Origin: Sediminibacterium sp.
GTDB lineage: Bacteria > Bacteroidota > Bacteroidia > Chitinophagales > Chitinophagaceae
Assembly: GCA_040403925.1 (NCBI GenBank)
Contig: JBBAJV010000006.1
Span: 341 to 64,340 of the forward strand
Reading direction: 5' to 3'
DNA length: 64,000 bases
This document shows, piece after piece, positions 57,362 to 64,000 of the stretch; the first letter of the stretch is position 1, and each line of letters starts with the position of its first letter. Both the position numbers and the translations under genes were made by a program. The notes beneath the pieces are model-generated. The model was not told the DNA's origin. It ran no database searches and saw nothing but the letters and a program-made list of their open reading frames with translations.

Positions 57362-58486
57362 CTAATAATCAATGACCTGCTCCTGGATATCCTGTGGTAG
57401 TTTACGCCATTCGTAATGTTGGTTTCTTAATTGAGGTTCAAATCCGGCTTCTTTGATGGCTTCTTGAATACTCTTATAAGTGAATCTATGAGGTGCACCT
57501 GCAGCACTTACTACGTTTTCCTCTAGCATAATGCTACCAAAATCATTGGCACCTGCTTCTAAACAAACCTGCGCGGTGGCTTTACCTACGGTCAACCAGC
57601 TGGCTTGAATATTTTTAATATTCGGCAACATGACACGACTGATCGCAATCATGCGGATATACTCTTCGGTCGTGGTTAAATTATGTACCCCTCTAATCTT
57701 AGTCAATAAAGTATCTACATCCTGGAAAGTCCAAGGAATAAAGGCCAAAAATCCGTTGGCACCTGCTGGTTTCATGTCCTGTACTTCTCTAATTTTGATT
57801 AAGTGGATGAATCTTTCTTCTAAAGTCTCCACGTGTCCAAACATCATAGTCGCACTTGAAGTGATATTCAATTGATGCGCGGCTGCCATCACATCCAACC
57901 ATTCTTGTGCCCCACATTTTCCATTAGAAACTAATTTTCTAACTCTATCTACTAAAATCTCTGCACCCGCTCCTGGCAGGGAATTCATACCAGCTTCTTG
58001 TAAAGTTTTTAAGACATGGGTATGGGTATGACCACCCAATTTAGCAATATGCGCAATCTCCGGGGGTCCTAGTGTATGTAATTTGATGTCTGGAAATTCA
58101 GCTTTAATTTGTTTAAATAAGTTGGCATAAAAGTCCAAACCAAGTTCTGGATGGTGGCCACCTTGTAATAATAATTGGTCTCCACCCCAAGCAATGGTTT
58201 CTTTAATTTTCACACGATAAGTATCCATATCGGTGATATAGGATTCTGGGTGTCCAGGGATGCGGTAAAAATTACAAAATTTACAATTGGCGATACATAC
58301 ATTGGTGGTATTCAAATTGCGGTCAATCTGCCAAGTCACTTTACCATGGGGTACTTGTTTTTTTCTTAGGGTATCTGCCACATAGCTTAATTCGGCCAAT
58401 GGGGCATGCTCAAAAAGGAACATGCCTTCCTCTTTTGTTAAGTACTCAAAATTCAGTGCTTTCTGATAAAGTTGCTCTAATTGCAT
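57362..58486 (-). CDS. mqnC: Radical SAM cyclic dehypoxanthinyl futalosine synthase (MqnC/CofH family)
   Basis: DRNLNTTNVC.ANCKFCNF (CxxxCxxC), LQGGHHP, PGAGAEIL, SATMMFGH, GANDFGS. Start 58486 (alternative 58495). Confidence 0.85.
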   Translation of the reverse strand: MQLEQLYQKALNFEYLTKEEGMFLFEHAPLAELSYVADTLRKKQVPHGKVTWQIDRNLNTTNVCIANCKFCNFYRIPGHPESYITDMDTYRVKIKETIAWGGDQLLLQGGHHPELGLDFYANLFKQIKAEFPDIKLHTLGPPEIAHIAKLGGHTHTHVLKTLQEAGMNSLPGAGAEILVDRVRKLVSNGKCGAQEWLDVMAAAHQLNITSSATMMFGHVETLEERFIHLIKIREVQDMKPAGANGFLAFIPWTFQDVDTLLTKIRGVHNLTTTEEYIRMIAISRVMLPNIKNIQASWLTVGKATAQVCLEAGANDFGSIMLEENVVSAAGAPHRFTYKSIQEAIKEAGFEPQLRNQHYEWRKLPQDIQEQVIDY

Positions 58487-58572
58487 AATTTTCAATTAAT
58501 GGTGCGAAGTTACTAATTAAACAACCTTTACGTCAAATGGTTGTAGGTTTTAAGCTTATTTTTGTGGTCCTT

Positions 58573-59811
58573 ATGATACAATTTGAAAAATTTCAGTTAG
58601 CCAATGGATTGAAAGTGCTGGTGCACCAAGATACGAGTACCCCAATGGCGGTGGTCAATGTCCTTTATAATATTGGTGCCAAGGATGAAAATCCTGCACA
58701 GACAGGTTTCGCGCACCTTTTTGAGCACTTGATGTTTGGCGGTAGCGTCAATATTCCTGTATACGACGAACCTTTGCAAAGAGCCGGTGGCGAAAACAAT
58801 GCTTATACCACCAATGACTTGACTAATTATTATTGTCAAATACCAGCCGAAAATATAGAGACTGCTTTTTGGTTAGAGAGTGATCGTATGTTATCACTTG
58901 CATTTAGTGAGAAGAGTTTAGAAGTGCAAAGAAAAGTGGTTTGCGAGGAGTTTAAAGAGCACTACATCAACAAACCATATGGAGATGCTTGGCATAAAAT
59001 GCGTGCATTGGCTTATACCAATCATCCGTACAGATGGATGACCATTGGTGCTGAATTATCCCATGTGGAAAATGCAAAGATCCAAGATGTAAAAGATTTC
59101 TTTTTTAAATTTTATAGACCCAATAATGCAATATTAGTTGTCACTGGAAACACAACGACTGAGCAAGTAAAAGCATTGGCAGAGAAATGGTTTGGTCCGA
59201 TTCCTGCAGGCGAATCGTACAATAGAAATTTACCACAGGAACCGGTACAAGAAAAAAAGAGGTCATTGGAAGTGCATGCAGATGTGCCCATGGATATGTT
59301 GATGATGACATGGCATATGGGTGGCAGATTTGATGCAGGCTACCATGAGACAGATTTGATTACCGAAGTGTTAGGTGGTGGGGCTTCTGCAAGATTGTAT
59401 GAGCAATTGATTAAAGTGAAACAATTATTTTCTTCAATAGATTGCTATCATTTTGGCACAGTAGATCCAGGCTTATTGGTGATTGAAGGTAAATTGGTCA
59501 AAGGCGTGAGCATGGCTGTTGCAGAGCAGGCGGTCTTAGAAGAAGTAGAAAAAATTAAAAAAGATTTACTGCCTCAAAAAGAAGTACAAAAAGTAATTAA
59601 TAAAACAGAAAGTATTATTTGTTTTGAGGATATGAGTATCATGAATCGCGCACATAGTTTGGCTTATTATGAATTATTGGGCGATGCAGAGATGATGAAT
59701 CAGGAATTGGAGAAGTATCAAGCGGTTACCCCAGAAAGGATACAAGCTACTGCGAATGCGATCTTCCAAGATCAGAATAGAAACACTTTATATTATTACA
59801 GTAAAAATTAA
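58573..59811 (+). CDS. M16 family zinc peptidase, catalytic subunit
   Basis: GFAHLFEHLMFGG (HxxEH), NAYT, LESDRM, VVCEE. Start 58573 follows TATTTTTG at 58557-58564. Confidence 0.92.
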   Translation: MIQFEKFQLANGLKVLVHQDTSTPMAVVNVLYNIGAKDENPAQTGFAHLFEHLMFGGSVNIPVYDEPLQRAGGENNAYTTNDLTNYYCQIPAENIETAFWLESDRMLSLAFSEKSLEVQRKVVCEEFKEHYINKPYGDAWHKMRALAYTNHPYRWMTIGAELSHVENAKIQDVKDFFFKFYRPNNAILVVTGNTTTEQVKALAEKWFGPIPAGESYNRNLPQEPVQEKKRSLEVHADVPMDMLMMTWHMGGRFDAGYHETDLITEVLGGGASARLYEQLIKVKQLFSSIDCYHFGTVDPGLLVIEGKLVKGVSMAVAEQAVLEEVEKIKKDLLPQKEVQKVINKTESIICFEDMSIMNRAHSLAYYELLGDAEMMNQELEKYQAVTPERIQATANAIFQDQNRNTLYYYSKN

Positions 59812-59814
59812 AAC

Positions 59815-61098
59815 ATGGCATTAGATAGAATTAAAGCACCGTTGATTAAGGATGCCGTTGATTTTGATATTCAATTAAAACCCTACCAGCATTTTACTTT
59901 AGACAATGGAGTAGAAGTATATAGTTATGAAGGAGGTGCAGAAGAAGTAATGATGATGGACTTGGTTTTTTTCGCAGGTAATTGTTACGAAGAAAAAAAC
60001 TGGGTTGCTGCTGCTACTAATTTTTTATTAAAAAATGGCACCCATCAAAAAACAGCTTTTGAGTTGAATGATTATTTTGAATTTTATGGAGCTTATGTAA
60101 ATCGAACCTGTTACAATGAAACAGCTACCATCAATTTACATACCCTCACCAAACATTTTAAAGCACTTTTGCCAGTAGTGAGTGAATTGGTGACCGAGTC
60201 CAATTTTTCGGAGGAAGAATTAAAGATTTACCAACAAAACCAACTTCAAAGATTGACATTGAATTTAAAGAAGAGTGATTTTATTGCTAATAGATTGATA
60301 GATGAATATTTGTTTGGCATTGAACATCCTTATGGAACCTATTCTACAGCAGCTGCCTTTAATAACTTGACGCGCGAAGATCTTGTCAATTTTTATGATC
60401 GTTTTTACAAGCATGGCAAAGCCGTTGTATTCATGGCCGGCAAGTTTCCTAAGAACATGCAAAGCTTAATGAACAAATACATTGGTGCTTTGCCATTGAA
60501 CCAACAAGTTTTGCCTAGTTATGATCATCCAATTATTTCTGCATCCACCAAAAAATATTCGATTGTCAATGATGCGAGTTCGGTGCAAGGCGCAATCAAA
60601 ATGGCAAGAAGATTTCCCAATCGACACCATCCAGATTTTCCAGGAACACAAGTATTGAATAATATATTAGGAGGATTTTTTGGATCCAGATTGATGCGTA
60701 ATATAAGAGAAGACAAAGGATACACTTATGGTATACATAGTTATTTACAAAATCATGTACAGGAATGCGCATGGATGATTAGTACCGATGCAGGGAAAGA
60801 TGTGTGCAGGGCAACCATTGATGAAGTGTATAAAGAGATGGCCATCCTAAGAAATGAATTGGTGGATGAAGCAGAATTAAAATTGGTCAAGAACTATATG
60901 TTGGGTGCCTTACTAGGGGATTTAGATGGGCCATTCCAAATCATGAATCGTTGGAAGACTTATTTGTTGAACGATTTGGATATTGCGTATTTTAATAAGA
61001 CGATTGAAACTGTTCGTGCCATCCAACCTGCCGACCTGAAAGCACTGGCTAATCAATACCTTCAAGCGGAAGATTTTTATGAATTAGTCGTGTATTGA
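59815..61098 (+). CDS. M16 family peptidase, non-catalytic partner subunit
   Basis: M16 fold motifs (LGGFFGSRLMRNIREDKGYTYG) but no HxxEH; 3 nt after the catalytic subunit. Confidence 0.87.
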   Translation: MALDRIKAPLIKDAVDFDIQLKPYQHFTLDNGVEVYSYEGGAEEVMMMDLVFFAGNCYEEKNWVAAATNFLLKNGTHQKTAFELNDYFEFYGAYVNRTCYNETATINLHTLTKHFKALLPVVSELVTESNFSEEELKIYQQNQLQRLTLNLKKSDFIANRLIDEYLFGIEHPYGTYSTAAAFNNLTREDLVNFYDRFYKHGKAVVFMAGKFPKNMQSLMNKYIGALPLNQQVLPSYDHPIISASTKKYSIVNDASSVQGAIKMARRFPNRHHPDFPGTQVLNNILGGFFGSRLMRNIREDKGYTYGIHSYLQNHVQECAWMISTDAGKDVCRATIDEVYKEMAILRNELVDEAELKLVKNYMLGALLGDLDGPFQIMNRWKTYLLNDLDIAYFNKTIETVRAIQPADLKALANQYLQAEDFYELVVY

Positions 61099-61186
61099 TA
61101 GCGCGTATTTTATAAGAATGTACAAATTTTCATCCCTATTATAAACCAGTTATCTTCCATTTGGGAGTGTTTATACATTTATTTTT

Positions 61187-61229
61187 AATGCTAAATACTG
61201 ATAATCAGCTATTTAGTATTTTTATTTTT
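61187..61229 (+). terminator. AT-rich hairpin with T tract after the M16 operon
   Basis: aatgctaaata-ctga-taa-tcag-c-tatttagtatt then tttattttt. Confidence 0.45.
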
Positions 61230-61248
61230 ACAGTACCTTTAAAAACTT

Positions 61249-61271
61249 GGTACTATGTGATGCATAGTACC
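61249..61271. promoter_or_regulatory. Perfect 9-5-9 palindrome, candidate PadR operator
   Basis: ggtactatg-tgatg-catagtacc, 36 nt upstream of the padR ATG; lies between/overlaps direct repeats agtacctttaa at 61232 and 61266. Confidence 0.65.
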
Positions 61272-61307
61272 TTTAATATCCTTAGTTTTGTGGAATAAAT
61301 TAAAGTT

Positions 61308-61673
61308 ATGGATATTCAAAACACACAAAGTCAGATGCGCAAGGGCGTTTTGGAGTTTTGCATATTGTCCATCATTCAACAAGGGGAGGTTTATCCAAGT
61401 GATATTGTTGAGCAAATGAAAGCGGCCAATCTGCATATTCTAGAAGGTACATTGTATCCTTTGTTAACGCGTTTAAAAAATGCGGGCCTATTAAATTATC
61501 GTTGGGTAGAAAGTATCAGTGGTCCGCCAAGAAAATATTTTGTAATGACAGATGCAGGTCAAGCAGCATATGAGGTCTTACAAAAAACTTGGAATGAGAT
61601 GTCCACATCAGTAGGCACCATTATTGCACCAAAAGCTAACCCAATTGATCACGAAGCAGATACTGCTCAATAA
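61308..61673 (+). CDS. PadR family transcriptional regulator
   Basis: MRKGVLEFCIL, EGTLYPLLTRL, W.ES.SGPPRKYF. Confidence 0.93.
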   Translation: MDIQNTQSQMRKGVLEFCILSIIQQGEVYPSDIVEQMKAANLHILEGTLYPLLTRLKNAGLLNYRWVESISGPPRKYFVMTDAGQAAYEVLQKTWNEMSTSVGTIIAPKANPIDHEADTAQ

Positions 61674-61683
61674 ATATAAGACA

Positions 61684-63972
61684 ATGAAAAAAGTAATCAA
61701 TATCAATTTCCAAGGACGTATTCTTCCTATCGAAGAAATGGCGTACGAAAATTTGAAACAATATATAGAAAGTTTAAGAACCTATTTTGAACAAGAAGAG
61801 GGCAAAGACGAAATCATCAATGACATTGAATGTCGTGTGGCTGAATTATGCGAAGATCGTCTAAAAAAAGGCGCAGTATGTATCACAGAGCAAGACATTG
61901 ATTTAATCATTACAAGTATTGGACGTCCTGCTGATTTTGAAGCACAGGATGGCTTTGAGGCTAATACCACAGCCAATGCAGGAACTAATCAAGCACAATC
62001 AAATACTCAAAATGCGGATGGTCAAACTTATCAAAAAAGATTGTACAGAGACGAGCAGAACAAAGTCTTGGGTGGAGTTTGTGCTGGTATTGCGAATTAT
62101 TTAAACTTGGATCCAATCATTATTCGAATTTTGTGGATCCTGCTTTTTGGTATCTCATTTTTTGCCTACCTATTGTTATGGATTGCGGTACCAAGTACTT
62201 CTGTAAAAGAAGTGGGTGGTATTCGTAAAAGATTATTTAGAGATCTTGACAAAAAAGTAATTGGTGGCGTATGTGCAGGGATGTCTAAATACTTTGGAGT
62301 GCAAGTAAGTATCATAAGAGTTTTATTTTTATTACCTACTATTTTATTGATTGTTAATTGGAATCGTTTTCATTTATTTCAATTTTGGGAATTTGACGAT
62401 TTCTCTAATATTTTTGATGTGACATTTATGCCAGGTGCCATTTTTGTGTACATCGTTTTATGGTTGGTATTACCAGAAGCAAGAACCAGTGCCGATAAAT
62501 TAGAAATGATGGGGGAGAAAGTGGATATCAATAGTATCAAAAATGCAATTCAAACAGATTTGGAAGGATTTGGCAAGAGAGCAAAAACCTGGGGAACTAG
62601 TTTTGACAAAAAACAACCCTCTTCTCAAGAAAAAACCAATACTACAGACGCTGCCACTAACAATACAAATTCTGATTCGGCTTCATTAGAGCAAAGAAAA
62701 GGTTGTCTGTTTTATTTTGGAAGAACCATTACCATTTTGATGAAAGCATTCGTATACTTTATCCTTGGTATTATTACGGTTTCAGTACTCGCTGCTTTAT
62801 TTGGTGTTGGAGTTGCAACTACTGGTTTATTGCCATTGAAGAAATTCATTTTAGAAGATGGTTTGCAATCTTGGGCATTTATAGGTACCATTTTATTTTT
62901 TATATGGGTGCCAGTGATTGCAATTGTGGCGTCTATTATTCGCAAAATCGCCGGGTTCAAGAAATCCAATATTTGGGTGAGATCTAGCTTTATTGCTTTA
63001 TGGGTACTTGGATGGGTTTGTATATCTTATTTTTTTAGCAGCTTAGGCAATAGCTTTTCTAAACACAATCAACCTGTTGAGCAGAGTATTGGCTTAGCGA
63101 ATCCTGCTATAGATTACTTAGAAGTAAATGCTTCACCAAGAATGAAATACTATGAACAAAGGTGGTTTAATATCGAACCATTCCAAGTGTACAACGATGA
63201 TACGGTGCGTGTACGTAATTTGAAAATAAGAATCGTACAATCTAAGACAGATAGTTTTGAAGTGAAGTACGTTACAATGAGTAATGGTAAGTCCATTAGT
63301 GAAGCCAATTTGCTTGCAGAAAAAATCAATTTCTCTGTGATGCAACAGGATAGCAGTTTATTCTTAGATAGGGGTATTGCTATTACAAATAAAGATAAAT
63401 TTAGAAACCAGCACGTGATCATGACCATTGCTGTCCCTGTTGGAAAACGTTTCAAAATCACCAATAAAGGTTTTTCACAAACGACTGTTAAAATCAACCA
63501 TCTTAGTATTAGAACAGAAACCATCAACCAATTTGGTGACGATACTTGGGTAGATGAATGGAATGAAAATTGGGACAACGAGTCTTTCTCTTATGATAGA
63601 GGTGTGGAATACAGGATGACTGCGGATGGTTTAGAAAAGATCAAATCTGATTTTGGTGCAACAGACAAAGACAATGATGATAATGAATCCATTGATGAGA
63701 TAGAGCAACAATTACAAAAATTAAAAAAAGACAGAGAAGATTTAGAACAAAATTTGGAAAAAACGAGGGCACAAAAAATCCAAGAATTAGAAAAGATTGA
63801 TCGTGCTTTAGAAGAAAAGAAAGAAAAAATGAATGGGGTTAAACCTGGACAAGCAGATATCAAAAAAAAGCAGCAAATAGCTATTCAGCCACCGACTGGT
63901 TTAAGCAAGGTGGCTGCTGTTGCTAAAAAAGCAGAGGACTTGCACTTATTGATACAGCGCTTTACCTATTAA
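61684..63972 (+). CDS. pspC: Large PspC-domain membrane protein (two PspC domains, periplasmic region, C-terminal coiled coil)
   Basis: MKKVININ.. N-terminus; KRLYRD..KVLGGVCAGIANY and KRLFRD..KVIGGVCAGMSKY; several TM helices; EIEQQLQKLK..LEQNLE. Start set at 61684. Confidence 0.85.
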   Translation: MKKVININFQGRILPIEEMAYENLKQYIESLRTYFEQEEGKDEIINDIECRVAELCEDRLKKGAVCITEQDIDLIITSIGRPADFEAQDGFEANTTANAGTNQAQSNTQNADGQTYQKRLYRDEQNKVLGGVCAGIANYLNLDPIIIRILWILLFGISFFAYLLLWIAVPSTSVKEVGGIRKRLFRDLDKKVIGGVCAGMSKYFGVQVSIIRVLFLLPTILLIVNWNRFHLFQFWEFDDFSNIFDVTFMPGAIFVYIVLWLVLPEARTSADKLEMMGEKVDINSIKNAIQTDLEGFGKRAKTWGTSFDKKQPSSQEKTNTTDAATNNTNSDSASLEQRKGCLFYFGRTITILMKAFVYFILGIITVSVLAALFGVGVATTGLLPLKKFILEDGLQSWAFIGTILFFIWVPVIAIVASIIRKIAGFKKSNIWVRSSFIALWVLGWVCISYFFSSLGNSFSKHNQPVEQSIGLANPAIDYLEVNASPRMKYYEQRWFNIEPFQVYNDDTVRVRNLKIRIVQSKTDSFEVKYVTMSNGKSISEANLLAEKINFSVMQQDSSLFLDRGIAITNKDKFRNQHVIMTIAVPVGKRFKITNKGFSQTTVKINHLSIRTETINQFGDDTWVDEWNENWDNESFSYDRGVEYRMTADGLEKIKSDFGATDKDNDDNESIDEIEQQLQKLKKDREDLEQNLEKTRAQKIQELEKIDRALEEKKEKMNGVKPGQADIKKKQQIAIQPPTGLSKVAAVAKKAEDLHLLIQRFTY

Positions 63973-64000
63973 TTGGTTTTTGTGTAGATTTGTGATGATA

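Noticed and set aside
800-63863. Numerous 60-150 aa ORFs antisense to or overlapping real genes (e.g. 3004..3318, 6041..6403, 18316..18672, 23211..23657, 26744..27154, 63150..63578)
   Set aside because: They are shadow frames of well-supported genes on the opposite strand or frame, with no motifs or independent promoters.
1-64000. Prophage, IS element, rRNA, tRNA or CRISPR array
   Set aside because: No integrase, transposase or phage structural genes, no long intergenic space and no regularly spaced repeats were seen.

Overview
Gene-dense, AT-rich chromosomal window from a Bacteroidota genome, probably Chitinophagaceae-like. This is inferred from TAnnTTTG '-7' promoters, the lack of obvious Shine-Dalgarno motifs, bS31/THX and typical gene families. 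There are about 57 protein-coding genes; I could not support any tRNA, rRNA, CRISPR array or transposase. Main blocks: (i) 0.3-10.7 kb, a glycoside 3-oxidation/elimination-type sugar locus (GMC flavoprotein, TAT partner subunit, lipoprotein cytochrome c, DUF1080, three TIM-barrel isomerase-family proteins, two Gfo/Idh/MocA enzymes); (ii) housekeeping, lipid and envelope genes (dusB, cdsA, psd, rpiB, tatC, lptC, coaX); (iii) a tight GT2-meaB-GT87-GT2 operon; (iv) thx/hup/xth; (v) a split B12-dependent methionine synthase preceded by a SAM-II/V-like pseudoknot; (vi) recR, a UvrD-nuclease fusion, kup, gcvH, serS; (vii) an ECF sigma/anti-sigma/outer-membrane beta-barrel triad whose sigma gene is frameshifted in an A7 tract but keeps an ECF-type promoter; (viii) mqnC, an M16 peptidase pair, and padR-pspC with a palindromic operator candidate. 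All annotations come from motif recognition by eye; no database searches were run.
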